A stretch of 59,332 nt of DNA from an uncultured bacterium (GCA_903869825.1 CAIQAL010000038.1:1-59332); one strand, 5' to 3'. Positions 1-9,970 are shown, numbered from the stretch's first letter. Numbers and translations are program-made. Notes: generated by a model not told the origin, from the sequence alone.

Positions 1-1
1 A

Positions 2-1501
2 GCCTTTACTGCTCCTGCTACTTCAACGACGCTTTCTATCCCGGTCACCCTAACGGCTACTGACAATACCGCTGTAACTGGTTACAACTTAACAGAGTCA
101 GCAACTGCACCAACTTCTGGTTGGTCATCGGTTGCTCCAACGGTTTACACTTTTGCCACAGCCGGAGCAAAGACTCTCTATGCTTGGGCTAAAGATTTAA
201 TAGGGAACATTTCAAATTCATTAAGTCGATCATTAAACATTACAACGACAACCGGCAATACCTATTATCTGTCTCCGACCGGGAGTGATGCAAATGGCAC
301 CGGAACGATTACTAATCCATGGTTCTCGTTAAACAAAGCTTGGACCAGAGTGGTAGCGGGGGACACTGTTTATTTGAGAGGGGGGACGTATGTATATCCG
401 CATATTCAACTATTGCAGAATAAATCAGGTACCTCTGGTAACCTAATTAAAATTTGGAACTACCCAGGGGAAATACCAATAATTACAAAAGGCTCGCCAT
501 TCGTTTTTACCGATGTTTATGGTCTTCCTCGTTTAATTCGATTTTATAACGATAGTTATCTTCATGTAAAAGGACTTGAAATAACTGGCTTTACTCAAGA
601 ATATCAAGAACTTTGGTCTGCCCTCCAAGGGGAAAATGTCAATAATTCTATTTTTGAAAATCTAAATATTCACCACAATGGACAAGGCATGGAATTGAAC
701 CATGATTCATCCGGAAACTTAATTTTAAATTCAGATTTTCATGAAAATGCTGATCCTCTAGGCTCTGGCGGTAGACTTTACAATAGTGCTGATGGCCTTC
801 AACTTTCATATATTGATGGAGCCGCTATCAATGGAACTAATACAATAAGAGGTTGTAGATCCTGGTGGAACACTGATGATGGTTTTGATTTATTTATGAA
901 TGACGGGAATGTGGTTATCGAAAATTCTTGGTCTTTCTGGAATGGTTATTTCCCAGGGACATTTAATAGTTCGGGAGTAGCTCCTAACTATGGAAATGGA
1001 AATGGTTATAAGTTTGGAATGAATGGAGCAGACTACTCGACCATAACAAAAAGAACTATTACGAATTCTTTAGCTTTCGAAAATCGAGAAAGAGGGTTTG
1101 ATCAGAATAATGCAACGACCGCAATTAATATGTACAATGACATCAGTTATAAAAATGGAGCTCGAGGTTATGATTTATACTTTGGAACAACGATAAATAA
1201 AATAAAAAATAGTATTTCATATATCGATGGAATGATTCCAATCTTTACCTCACCTTCACTTGTTGATCACAGCACATTTCTTCTAAGTGGTAATACAAAC
1301 TCCGCTTATTCCGTAACTGCTGCCGACTTCCAAAGTCTTTCTTCTTCCGGGGCAAACGGGGCCCGACAAGCCGATGGAAGCCTACCAAATCTAAACTTCC
1401 TAAAATTAGCCCCCGGTTCTGACTTAATAAACAGGGGAACTGATGTTGGCTTATCTTACAATGGCTCAGCTCCAGATCTAGGAGCCTTTGAGTCAAACTA
1501 A
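2..1501 (+). CDS. Secreted/surface right-handed parallel beta-helix (pectate-lyase-fold) protein, 5' partial
   Basis: Frame 2 is open from the window edge to TAA 1499-1501; the ORF track starts at an internal GTG at 350. Upstream part reads TATDNTAVTGY...AKDLIGNIS (Ig-like), then YYLSPTGSDANGTGTITNPW...AGDTVYLRGGTY, typical of beta-helix proteins. N/G-rich turns follow. Confidence 0.6.
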   Translation, partial: AFTAPATSTTLSIPVTLTATDNTAVTGYNLTESATAPTSGWSSVAPTVYTFATAGAKTLYAWAKDLIGNISNSLSRSLNITTTTGNTYYLSPTGSDANGTGTITNPWFSLNKAWTRVVAGDTVYLRGGTYVYPHIQLLQNKSGTSGNLIKIWNYPGEIPIITKGSPFVFTDVYGLPRLIRFYNDSYLHVKGLEITGFTQEYQELWSALQGENVNNSIFENLNIHHNGQGMELNHDSSGNLILNSDFHENADPLGSGGRLYNSADGLQLSYIDGAAINGTNTIRGCRSWWNTDDGFDLFMNDGNVVIENSWSFWNGYFPGTFNSSGVAPNYGNGNGYKFGMNGADYSTITKRTITNSLAFENRERGFDQNNATTAINMYNDISYKNGARGYDLYFGTTINKIKNSISYIDGMIPIFTSPSLVDHSTFLLSGNTNSAYSVTAADFQSLSSSGANGARQADGSLPNLNFLKLAPGSDLINRGTDVGLSYNGSAPDLGAFESN

Positions 1502-1524
1502 AATCTATTAAACAATAGTGTTAA

Positions 1525-1551
1525 AAGAGGTGGGGCAACAATCTACCTCTT
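1525..1551 (+). terminator. Rho-independent terminator after the beta-helix gene
   Basis: AAGAGGT...ACCTCTT 7-bp stem followed by T-rich tail. Confidence 0.6.
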
Positions 1552-1673
1552 TTCGAGAATTAAATGTGACAGAAGGAAAACACGACGTGATGAGAGTTGA
1601 GTTATCCGAGCAGAAAATTATTCCAACAAGTATCTCGGCGGACAAAGAAATTTTTTTTTGAAGTATCTCTAGA

Positions 1674-2876
1674 TTATTTTAAAATGCTAGCAAGATAGCT
1701 TTTTATTTGAGCCATCCCTTCGGTGATATTTTCTTCTGAAGAAACATAAGAGAAACGGATAAAATCTTCTCCGTAGTGACCAAAGACTGTTCCTGGGAGA
1801 ATAAGAACGTTCGCTTCCTTCATAATGTTATCGCAGAATGTTTCAACCGTGATTCCAAGTTTGTCGATAATCTCTCTCACGTTTACCATCAAGTAGAATG
1901 CGCCAAGCGGAGTGTGACATTTCATTCCGGGAATTTCCGCAACTAATTTTAAAAGCAAATCTCTTCTGGTTTTATATTCACTCACCATTTTTTTAACAGT
2001 GGCATCTCCACCAGTAACTGCTTCAAGTGCCGCATATTGGGCAATAGAGTTCGGACAAGAAGTATCGTTACAAGCGAGCCGCTCGAGGGTGTTCGTCATT
2101 TCTTTATTTTTGGTGACCCCCCAACCGATGCGATACCCCGTCATGGCAAAAGTTTTTGATACTCCGTTTAAAATAACTGTGCGCTCACTCATTCCATCGA
2201 CACTTGCGATGGAGAAATGATGCCCTTCGTGAATAATTTCATTATAGATTTCGTCCGAAAGAACCCATAAGTCATTCTCGATTGCAACCTTAGCAATTTC
2301 TCGTATAATTTTTTCGTCGAAGACCGCACCAGTAGGATTTTGAGGAGAGTTTAAAATTATAAGTTTGGTTTTTGGAGTGATAGAATTTTTTAATTCTGTC
2401 AAATCTAAATTAAAATTATTTTCTTCTTTTAGTTGCAGTGGAATAACTACTCCGCCTAAATATTCTGTCACTGAGCCGTAAATTGGGAAAGCCGGGTTTG
2501 GAATGATTACTTCGTCCCCCTCATCAATTAAAGCATTAATCAGATAAAAAATAATCGGTTTTGCACCGGCGGTCACCACTACGTCTTCTTTTTTGTAATT
2601 AATTTTTGTGTAGGAACTAACAGACTGCGCTACTGCTTCCCGAAGCTCAGGGATCCCCGGAGTAGGAGAATAATGGGTTTTATTATTTTTAATAGCAGCA
2701 ATTGCCGCTTGGTTGATATTCTCGGGAGTGTCGAAACTTGGTTCCCCAATTTGTAGATAAATGAGTTTTTTCCCTTGTGGTTTGAGTATATTTTCTTCGA
2801 ATTCTTTTGCTTTTCCTATGACGGAAAAAGCGTTTTCTGTCCCCAAGTGAGGGATTCTTTTTGAAAATGATTTCAT
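1674..2876 (-). CDS. Class I/II pyridoxal-phosphate aminotransferase (aspartate aminotransferase-like)
   Basis: 400 aa. SKTFAMTGYRIGW PLP-lysine motif, NPxNPTG motif (SPQNPTGAV), overall AspC-like layout. Confidence 0.8.
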   Translation of the reverse strand: MKSFSKRIPHLGTENAFSVIGKAKEFEENILKPQGKKLIYLQIGEPSFDTPENINQAAIAAIKNNKTHYSPTPGIPELREAVAQSVSSYTKINYKKEDVVVTAGAKPIIFYLINALIDEGDEVIIPNPAFPIYGSVTEYLGGVVIPLQLKEENNFNLDLTELKNSITPKTKLIILNSPQNPTGAVFDEKIIREIAKVAIENDLWVLSDEIYNEIIHEGHHFSIASVDGMSERTVILNGVSKTFAMTGYRIGWGVTKNKEMTNTLERLACNDTSCPNSIAQYAALEAVTGGDATVKKMVSEYKTRRDLLLKLVAEIPGMKCHTPLGAFYLMVNVREIIDKLGITVETFCDNIMKEANVLILPGTVFGHYGEDFIRFSYVSSEENITEGMAQIKSYLASILK

Positions 2877-2922
2877 AATTTTATTATATACACTTTTTTA
2901 AAATTATGCCATAATTAGAAAT

Positions 2923-4293
2923 ATGAGGAAGACAATCTTAGAGAAACTTTTTAGTGCCCCGGCCGAAATTTTGGAAAAAAGTGTTGAAGTAGAAAAAGAA
3001 ATCGGACAAGACATTGAAACACAAAAGCCAGTACAAGAATTAAAAGAATATTGGAAAATATTAGGTCCCGGGCTTACGACTGGTGCCGCCGATGATGATC
3101 CATCGGGAATTGCCACTTATTCACAAATGGGGGCATCCCGAGGTTTGAGTTTGATTTGGATTTCTCTTTTCTCTTTTCCCTTAATGGGGGTGATTCAGGA
3201 AATGTGTGCTCGCATCGGTCTTGCCACCGGGGCAGGTTTGGCAACCAATGTTAAAAGACATTTTCCTAAAAAAGTTTTGTATTTTTGTGTGGCCCTACTA
3301 CTCGGTGCCAATGTTTTTAACATTGGAGCTGACTTGGGAGCGATGGCAAAAGGGGTGCAGTTGATTTTGCCGGGAGCCGGCTTTGTTTTTTTGGTGATTT
3401 TCTTTGCGTTACTTACTCTTGGGCTTCAAATTTTTATTCCGTATAAAAAATATTCCAAATACCTTAAGTATCTTTCGTTGATTTTATTTGCTTACGTCTT
3501 TTCAGCATTTTCGGTGCATATTAATTGGCGCGACGTATTCAATCATTTAGTTATCCCGACGTTTTCTTTCACGAAGACAGATATCATTTTAATTTGTGCT
3601 GCTTTTGGTACTACTATTTCCCCATATTTATTTTTCTGGCAGACTTCCCAAGAAGTGGAAGAGCAAATAGTGAAAGGGGAGAGGACTGAAGAAAAGCGCC
3701 GGTCTCTTATTGCCCCTTCTGATATTCATAAAATGCGAATTGATGTTTGGTCTGGGATGTTTTTGTCTAATGTCATCATGTTTTTTATAATCGCCACTTG
3801 CGCTGCCGCTTTATTTGCCAACGGTATTACGAACATTGGAACAGCCGCCGACGCGGCCGAAGCGCTTCGTCCTTTTGCCGGGAATCTAGCCTTTGCTTTA
3901 TTTGCGATTGGTATTTTGGGAGTGGGGTTGCTCGCTATCCCGGTTCTCGCTGGCTCGGCATCTTATGCAATGTCGGAAGCTTTTAATTGGAAATCGGGTT
4001 TGTATCGCAAATTAAAACACGCGACCTCTTTTTACGGAGTAATCATCGTCGCTATGATTTTAGGTATTGTGCTAAATTTTGTGGGGCTTGATCCGATTAA
4101 AGCGCTCATATATTCTGCAGTACTAAACGGAATAATTTCGCCGATTATTTTGTTTTTGATTGTTTGGATTAGCAGTAAAGAAGAAATCATGGGTGTTTAT
4201 AAAAACAAAAAACTTGGAAACATTGTCGGTTGGCTCACAGTCGGAATTCTATTTCTTGTCAGTGTCTTAACGATTGTTTTTCTATTTAGGTAA
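2923..4293 (+). CDS. NRAMP/SLC11-family divalent cation transporter, non-canonical metal site
   Basis: 456 aa, multi-TM. GPGLTTGAADDDPSGIATYSQMGA aligns to the NRAMP TM1 motif, but DPGN reads DPSG. The TM6 motif reads TTISPY instead of xxMPH. Confidence 0.7.
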   Translation: MRKTILEKLFSAPAEILEKSVEVEKEIGQDIETQKPVQELKEYWKILGPGLTTGAADDDPSGIATYSQMGASRGLSLIWISLFSFPLMGVIQEMCARIGLATGAGLATNVKRHFPKKVLYFCVALLLGANVFNIGADLGAMAKGVQLILPGAGFVFLVIFFALLTLGLQIFIPYKKYSKYLKYLSLILFAYVFSAFSVHINWRDVFNHLVIPTFSFTKTDIILICAAFGTTISPYLFFWQTSQEVEEQIVKGERTEEKRRSLIAPSDIHKMRIDVWSGMFLSNVIMFFIIATCAAALFANGITNIGTAADAAEALRPFAGNLAFALFAIGILGVGLLAIPVLAGSASYAMSEAFNWKSGLYRKLKHATSFYGVIIVAMILGIVLNFVGLDPIKALIYSAVLNGIISPIILFLIVWISSKEEIMGVYKNKKLGNIVGWLTVGILFLVSVLTIVFLFR

Positions 4294-4341
4294 ATTTTAT
4301 GGAAAATTCTTTTAAAAATATAACCAATAAAATAAAAAATA

Positions 4342-5409
4342 ATGGAAATTTTAAAGGATTATGATTTAACCGAACTAAATACATTTCACATCAAAGCAAA
4401 AGCCAAATTTTTTGTAGAAGTAAAAAACGAAAAAGATTTGGTTAAGCTTTTTTTAACGCCTATGTTTCAGGAAAGTGAAAAACTTTTTTTGGGAGGAGGA
4501 AGTAATATTCTTTTTACACAAGACTTTCCCGGTATTGTGATTTTAAATAAATTAAAAGGAATTGAAATCTTAGAAGACGATTCTGAAACGGTATTGGTTA
4601 AATCTCTCGGCGGGGAGTGGTGGAACGATTTAGTAAATTTTACGGTAGAGCGAGGTTTTTGGGGAATCGAGAATTTATCCCTGATTCCAGGAACAGTAGG
4701 AGCCACCCCAGTGCAAAATATTGGAGCTTATGGAGTGGAACTGAAGGATGTGCTTCAAAACGTGGAAGCATACGAAATAGCAACAGGAGAAAAAAAGATT
4801 TTTTCTTGCGCTGAATGTAAGCTGGGGTATCGAGACAGCATTTTCAAGCGGGAATTGAAGGGAAAATATTTTATTTCGGCGGTTACTTTAAAATTAAATA
4901 AAAATGAAAATGAAAACTTAAGATATAAAACTCTGAAAGACTATATAGAAAAAAATAATCTAATAATAAAAAATCCGAAAGATATTAGCCGGGCAGTGGC
5001 CGAAATTCGTCGAGGAAAATTGCCTGATCCGAAAATCCTTGGGAATGCTGGTAGTTTTTTTAAGAATGTTTATATTAGCGAAGTAGATTTTAAAAATATT
5101 TTAATGAGCTATCCCGAGATGCCATATTTCTTGGAGGATTTACCATCAGAAACAGTGGACGGAAAATTAGAAGGAGTAATAAAAATTCCTTCTGGTTGGT
5201 TGATTGAGCAATGCGGCCCACGCCACGGGGGGGGCAGTTGGAAAGGATATCGAGAGGGAAACGTCGGGGTACACGAGCGCCAAGCACTAGTTTTGGTGAA
5301 TTATGGCGGTGCGACTGGCGAAGAAATAAAAAAACTAGCATATCAGATTATTGATTCCGTTTACCAAAAATTCGGACTGAGGCTTACTCCGGAAGTGAAT
5401 TTTGTGTAA
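4342..5409 (+). CDS. murB: UDP-N-acetylenolpyruvoylglucosamine reductase
   Basis: 355 aa. FAD-binding GGGSNILF, NAGSFFKNV and SGWLIEQCG motifs typical of MurB. Confidence 0.85.
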   Translation: MEILKDYDLTELNTFHIKAKAKFFVEVKNEKDLVKLFLTPMFQESEKLFLGGGSNILFTQDFPGIVILNKLKGIEILEDDSETVLVKSLGGEWWNDLVNFTVERGFWGIENLSLIPGTVGATPVQNIGAYGVELKDVLQNVEAYEIATGEKKIFSCAECKLGYRDSIFKRELKGKYFISAVTLKLNKNENENLRYKTLKDYIEKNNLIIKNPKDISRAVAEIRRGKLPDPKILGNAGSFFKNVYISEVDFKNILMSYPEMPYFLEDLPSETVDGKLEGVIKIPSGWLIEQCGPRHGGGSWKGYREGNVGVHERQALVLVNYGGATGEEIKKLAYQIIDSVYQKFGLRLTPEVNFV

Positions 5410-5484
5410 ATTATAATTAATTTGATTTTAATGATACTCGGTGTATAATTGAAATATTAAAAATCTTAATTTATTTTAAAAATT

Positions 5485-5967
5485 ATGAAAAAAGAAAGTA
5501 TAAAAATGTTAGTTTGGTTTTTGATTGTTATCGTGGTTGTTGCGGGGCTTGTTTTCATTACCATTAAAAGTAAAAAGAATAATTCTCCTACCGAAATACC
5601 AGTAGGACAAGAACAAAATAATATGGATACACAAAATGGAGTTAAGGTTACAATCGTAAAAGAAGGAACCGGAGCGGTAGCCAAAGCAGGGGATACTGTT
5701 GCGATGAACTATACTGGCACACTTACTGACGGAACAGTTTTTGATTCAAACGTTGATCCAAAGTTTCAGCATGTAGAACCTTTTGAATTCACTATCGGGG
5801 CTGGACAAGTTATCAAGGGATGGGATATTGGAGTAGCTGGAATGAAAGTCGGAGAGCAGAGAACACTTGAAATTCAACCGGAGTTTGCTTATGGAGTAAA
5901 TGGGGTAGGGCCAATTCCACCAAATGCTGTATTAACTTTCCAAGTCGAATTATTAGCAATAAAATAA
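5485..5967 (+). CDS. Membrane-anchored FKBP-type peptidyl-prolyl cis-trans isomerase
   Basis: N-terminal TM helix, then FKBP core: GDTVAMNYTGTLTDGTVFDSN...FTIGAGQVIKGWDIGVAGMKVGE...IPPNAVLTFQVELL. Confidence 0.9.
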   Translation: MKKESIKMLVWFLIVIVVVAGLVFITIKSKKNNSPTEIPVGQEQNNMDTQNGVKVTIVKEGTGAVAKAGDTVAMNYTGTLTDGTVFDSNVDPKFQHVEPFEFTIGAGQVIKGWDIGVAGMKVGEQRTLEIQPEFAYGVNGVGPIPPNAVLTFQVELLAIK

Positions 5968-5994
5968 ATTGTCCCGTTGCTTACGGGGAAAATT

Positions 5995-6801
5995 ATGTCA
6001 CCAGAAAATAAAGAAAAATATCGTAAGGCCATAAGGATTGCCCTTGTCGTTTTTATTGCTGTGATTGTCGCCAATATTGTTAGCGGCAATTTGGGACATA
6101 GCGATAGTTTCAACAACAATACACAAGAAAATATTATTACCGTGACTGGCCATGGGGAAGTGCAAGCAGTGCCTGATATCGCTAATGTTTCCTTTACTAT
6201 CAGACAAGAAGCAAAAACTGTGAAGGCGGCTCAAGAAGCAGTGACTCAAATAGAAAAAAAGGCACTTGATTTATTGAAAGTAAATAATATTGCGGAAAAA
6301 GACTACAAAACAGAAAATGTTTCTTTTAACCCAAAGTACGATTACCAATATTCAGCCGACGGAGCTTGTGGTTCGCTCACTTGTCCGCCTCGACCAGGGA
6401 AACAAATAATTTCCGGGTATGAAGCGTATGAAAGTATTAATGTGAAGGTTAGAAATACCGACAGTGTCGGGACAGTGATATCCGGGCTTGGAGCAATTGG
6501 AGTCACCGAACTTTCCGGACCAAATTTTACTGTTGATAAACAAGATGATTTGAAAGCAACCGCCAGAAAAATGGCTATTAATGATGCAAAAGGAAAGGCA
6601 AAGGAACTGGCCAAAGAGCTTGGAGTTCATTTAGGGGGAATAACCTCTTATTCTGATAATGGAAATTATCCAACCCCAATGTATGCGAATGACATGATGG
6701 CAAAAAGTGCAGGAGCATTGTCCTCGGCTACTCCAGCTGTTTTACCACTTGGAGAAAATTTGATTAGTTCGGATGTTACTATCACTTACAAAATAAGATA
6801 G
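5995..6801 (+). CDS. SIMPL/DUF541 (BP26-like) exported protein
   Basis: N-terminal TM/signal anchor, then ITVTGHGEVQAVPDIANVSFTI... typical SIMPL start. ATG 5995 preferred over the track's TTG 5977. Confidence 0.7.
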   Translation: MSPENKEKYRKAIRIALVVFIAVIVANIVSGNLGHSDSFNNNTQENIITVTGHGEVQAVPDIANVSFTIRQEAKTVKAAQEAVTQIEKKALDLLKVNNIAEKDYKTENVSFNPKYDYQYSADGACGSLTCPPRPGKQIISGYEAYESINVKVRNTDSVGTVISGLGAIGVTELSGPNFTVDKQDDLKATARKMAINDAKGKAKELAKELGVHLGGITSYSDNGNYPTPMYANDMMAKSAGALSSATPAVLPLGENLISSDVTITYKIR

Positions 6802-6803
6802 GG

Positions 6804-6832
6804 TTGACTATTTTAAAGGTTAAGAGTAATAT
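6804..6832 (+). promoter_or_regulatory. Sigma70-like promoter TTGACT-17-TAATAT upstream of secE
   Basis: -35 at 6804-6809, 17-nt spacer, -10 at 6827-6832. Confidence 0.5.
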
Positions 6833-6835
6833 AAA

Positions 6836-6859
6836 AAAAGCCCTTTCTGGGGGCTTTTT
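6836..6859 (+). terminator. GC hairpin plus T-run (terminator of SIMPL gene and/or 5' leader hairpin of secE)
   Basis: AAAGCCC tttctgg GGGCTTT followed by TTTTT. It lies immediately downstream of the -10 above. Confidence 0.55.
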
Positions 6860-6899
6860 GGAAAGAGAAACTCTTATCAATTTAAATTTTTAAAAAAAT

Positions 6900-7085
6900 A
6901 TGTCAAAAACAACGGATTACTTCAATGATATTAAAGCAGAGTTAAAGCATGTGAACTGGCCTACCAGAAGTCAAACGGTTGCTTATACCTTGATTGTCCT
7001 TGGGTTATCCGTTTTGATTGCCTATTTCTTAGGAGTTTTTGACTTTATTTTTTCTCAAGGTCTCCAAAAAATAATTGGATTTTAA
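6900..7085 (+). CDS. secE: Preprotein translocase subunit SecE
   Basis: 61 aa. VNWPTRSQT... plus a single TM helix. Directly upstream of nusG. Confidence 0.9.
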   Translation: MSKTTDYFNDIKAELKHVNWPTRSQTVAYTLIVLGLSVLIAYFLGVFDFIFSQGLQKIIGF

Positions 7086-7094
7086 TTATATTAT

Positions 7095-7640
7095 ATGTCA
7101 AAACAAGAAGTACAAGGAATAAGAAATTGGTATGCGATTCACACTTATGCTGGATATGAAAATGCCGTGCTCCGAAATTTAAAACAAAGAATCGATTCAC
7201 TCGGAATGCACGACAAAATATTTAACGTCATTGTGCCGATTGAAAAAAAGATAAAAATAAAAGCTGGGAAACGAGCGGAAGTGGAAGAAAAGATTTACCC
7301 TGGTTATGTCCTTGTGGATATGATTGTGACCGATGATTCCTGGTATGTAGTTCGAAATACTCCTCGAGTGACTGGTTTCGTCGGAGCCGGAGTGAACCCA
7401 GTACCACTAAAGAAAGAAGAAGTAGATTATTTGTTTAAGAAGATGGACGCAAGTACTCTCAAACATAATATCGACATAGCGATTGGTGAAACGGTTCGGA
7501 TTGTTGACGGTCCATTTAAGGACTTGGAAGGGAAAGTAAATTCCGTAGATCAAGAACGAGGTAAGATAAAAGTGCTTGTTTCAATGTTTGGTCGCGAAAC
7601 CCCAGTCGAATTAGATTTCTTGCAAGTTAAGAAAATATAA
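7095..7640 (+). CDS. nusG: Transcription termination/antitermination factor NusG
   Basis: [17 protein letters not shown] start and C-terminal KOW ([15 protein letters not shown]). Confidence 0.95.
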   Translation: MSKQEVQGIRNWYAIHTYAGYENAVLRNLKQRIDSLGMHDKIFNVIVPIEKKIKIKAGKRAEVEEKIYPGYVLVDMIVTDDSWYVVRNTPRVTGFVGAGVNPVPLKKEEVDYLFKKMDASTLKHNIDIAIGETVRIVDGPFKDLEGKVNSVDQERGKIKVLVSMFGRETPVELDFLQVKKI

Positions 7641-7656
7641 GTTAATCTCTAAATAT

Positions 7657-8079
7657 ATGGCAAAAAAAATAACCAAAAAAATCAAATTACAAATTCAGGC
7701 CGCAAAAGCAACCCCTGCGCCACCTTTAGGACCTGCCTTGGGACAAGCCGGAATCAACATCGGAGATTTTGTTACAAAATTTAACGCAGCAACTTCTAAA
7801 ATGACAGGAGATAAAGTTGGAGTAGTGGTTTCAGTCTATGAAGACCGAAGCTATGATTTCGTCATTAAAACCCCTCCTGTTTCAGGACTAATTTTGAAAG
7901 CGGCTGGAATAGAAAAGGGTTCAGGTAAAAATGCTTCTCACAAGGTTGGTAAAATATCTCGAGCTCAAGCACTAGAAATAGCCAAAAAGAAAATGGCTGA
8001 TTTAAATGCAAAAGATGACGAAGGAGCAATCAATATTGTGGCTGGCTCTGCCCGCTCTATGGGAATAGAAGTAATCTAG
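7657..8079 (+). CDS. rplK: 50S ribosomal protein L11
   Basis: [26 protein letters not shown]... canonical uL11. Confidence 0.97.
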   Translation: MAKKITKKIKLQIQAAKATPAPPLGPALGQAGINIGDFVTKFNAATSKMTGDKVGVVVSVYEDRSYDFVIKTPPVSGLILKAAGIEKGSGKNASHKVGKISRAQALEIAKKKMADLNAKDDEGAINIVAGSARSMGIEVI

Positions 8080-8094
8080 ATTACTTAAAAAATA

Positions 8095-8751
8095 ATGGAA
8101 CCACTTAAAGAATTAGATTATAAAAAAATTCTGATTTGTTTAACGCTTTATTTAAGTTCACTTTTTGCTGCCAACACCTTGGGGATAAAGCTGATGCCAT
8201 TTCTTTTTGGAACCCACCTTTCGGTAGCGGTTTTTTGTTTCCCGATAGTTTTTATAATGACTGATGTCATCGGGGAAGTTTACGGGAAAAAAATGGCCAA
8301 GAACTTCGTTTTTGCTGGGATTCTATCCATTCTTTTATTTTTACTCTACTCTTTTATTTCTTTGGTTGTACCTTGGGCGAGAGCAGGGATGTGGGCACAG
8401 GATGGCTTTAATTTAATTTTTGGTATTTCCGCACGTTTTTCTATCGCTTCACTGGTCGCTTATGCGATAGGGGAATATCAAGATGTTCTTTCATTTTTCT
8501 TTTTCAAAAAGTATATCGGAGAAAAGAATTTTTGGTTACGCTCCAATCTTTCGAATCTTTGGTCTCAACTACTCGACTCTTCCATTTTTATGTTTATTGC
8601 TTATCTTGGAGTGCTGCCGGTGAAAACGATATTATTAATAATTATTCCATGGTGGATTTATAAGGTCTTTATGGGATTTTTATATACACCACTTTCTTAT
8701 TTAGGGATTTATCTCTTAAGAGGAAATAATAATGCAAATCAGAGCCTTTAA
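8095..8751 (+). CDS. Vut_1/DUF165 family membrane protein (YhhQ-like queuosine-precursor transporter)
   Basis: 218 aa, about 6 TM. FPIVFIMTDVIGEVYGKKMA and ASLVAYAIGEYQDV align with E. coli YhhQ motifs (FPFIFLATDLTVRIFG, ASFMAYALGQILDV). Confidence 0.7.
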   Translation: MEPLKELDYKKILICLTLYLSSLFAANTLGIKLMPFLFGTHLSVAVFCFPIVFIMTDVIGEVYGKKMAKNFVFAGILSILLFLLYSFISLVVPWARAGMWAQDGFNLIFGISARFSIASLVAYAIGEYQDVLSFFFFKKYIGEKNFWLRSNLSNLWSQLLDSSIFMFIAYLGVLPVKTILLIIIPWWIYKVFMGFLYTPLSYLGIYLLRGNNNANQSL

Positions 8752-9436
8752 AACTAAAATTTTTTTAGAAAACGAAGATTTAATTTCTTTTATTCTGCGA
8801 TATATTAAAAAAATTCCGGAAGAATCTGTTTTGGTTGTTACTTCAAAAATTGTTGCTCTTTCGGAGGGGGGGGTAGTAACATGTAAAAATAGAAAAGAAA
8901 AAACAAAACTTATCAAACAAGAAAGTGATTTTGCACTAAAAACCAAATTTGTTTGGCTAACCATAAAAGACAATATGGTCATGTCCAATGCTGGAATAGA
9001 TGAGTCAAACGCGAAAGGAAAGCTGATTCTTTTACCAAAAGATAGTTTTCAAGTGGCTGACGAAATTAGAAAAAAACTCAGAAAAATATTTAAAGTTAAA
9101 AAACTAGGAGTACTTGTTACAGACAGCCGGGTTTTTCCCTTGCGCGCTGGAATTGTTGGAGTTGCGCTAGGATATGCTGGATTTAAAGGAGTAAGGGACT
9201 ATCGTGGGAAAAAAGATATATTTGGACGAGCCTTAAATTTTTCTCGAACTGATGTGGCGGATAGTCTCGCAACTGCGGCAGTGTTGTGTATGGGCGAGGG
9301 AAAAGAACAACAGCCACTTGCTTTAATTACCAGTGCGCCGATCCAATTTGTTGAAAAAATCAATAAAAAAGAACTTGAAATCAAAGTGAAAGATGATTTG
9401 TATTTGCCACTTTTTGGGAGTATCATTAAAAAATGA
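8732..9436 (+). CDS. CofE-like gamma-glutamyl ligase family protein (F420-0:L-glutamate ligase fold)
   Basis: VTSKIVALSEGG, SNAGIDESNA, VTDSRVFPLRAGIVGVALGYAG, DVADSLATAAVLCMGEGKEQQP: the typical F420_ligase-family pattern. Confidence 0.65.
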   Translation: MQIRAFKTKIFLENEDLISFILRYIKKIPEESVLVVTSKIVALSEGGVVTCKNRKEKTKLIKQESDFALKTKFVWLTIKDNMVMSNAGIDESNAKGKLILLPKDSFQVADEIRKKLRKIFKVKKLGVLVTDSRVFPLRAGIVGVALGYAGFKGVRDYRGKKDIFGRALNFSRTDVADSLATAAVLCMGEGKEQQPLALITSAPIQFVEKINKKELEIKVKDDLYLPLFGSIIKK

Positions 9437-9969
9437 AAACAAAAACCAAAAAAATAAAAAGATATGTAGCAACATCTTGGGATGAGTATTTTATGAATAT
9501 TGCCGAGCAGGTAGCAAAAAAATCGAAGGACCCATCCACCAAAGCAGGCTGCGTAATTGTAGATGTGAAAAAAAGACCAATTTCTTTCGGCTACAATGGT
9601 TTCGTGGGGGGGTGTAATGAGTCGAAAATGACCCAAGAACGACCAATGAAATATCATTTGGTAATTCACGATGCGATGAACGCAATACTTTTTGCCAGAA
9701 GAGATTTGGAAAATTGCACTCTGTATGATAGTTATGGTCCTTGTGAAAATTGTTTAAAACACATTATTCAAGCTGGGATAAAAAAGGTTATTTACAAAAA
9801 TTCCGTTGTTGAAAGTAAGGCAAGTAACAATACAAAATCTATGACCAGTTCTTTAACGAACGAAGCTATTACCAGGCTTCTACTGTCGGTGCCTGATTTT
9901 AAATGTTACAACATGAATGGCAAAAGTTATTTAGAAGAAATCTGGGGGAATAATATTCCTAAATTTTAA
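9433..9969 (+). CDS. dCMP/CMP deaminase-fold protein with altered catalytic motif
   Basis: WDEYFMNIAEQVAKKS, GYNGFVGG and PCENC zinc motifs are present. The H-A-E motif reads H-D-A (9667-9675). Confidence 0.7.
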   Translation: MKTKTKKIKRYVATSWDEYFMNIAEQVAKKSKDPSTKAGCVIVDVKKRPISFGYNGFVGGCNESKMTQERPMKYHLVIHDAMNAILFARRDLENCTLYDSYGPCENCLKHIIQAGIKKVIYKNSVVESKASNNTKSMTSSLTNEAITRLLLSVPDFKCYNMNGKSYLEEIWGNNIPKF

Positions 9970-9970
9970 T

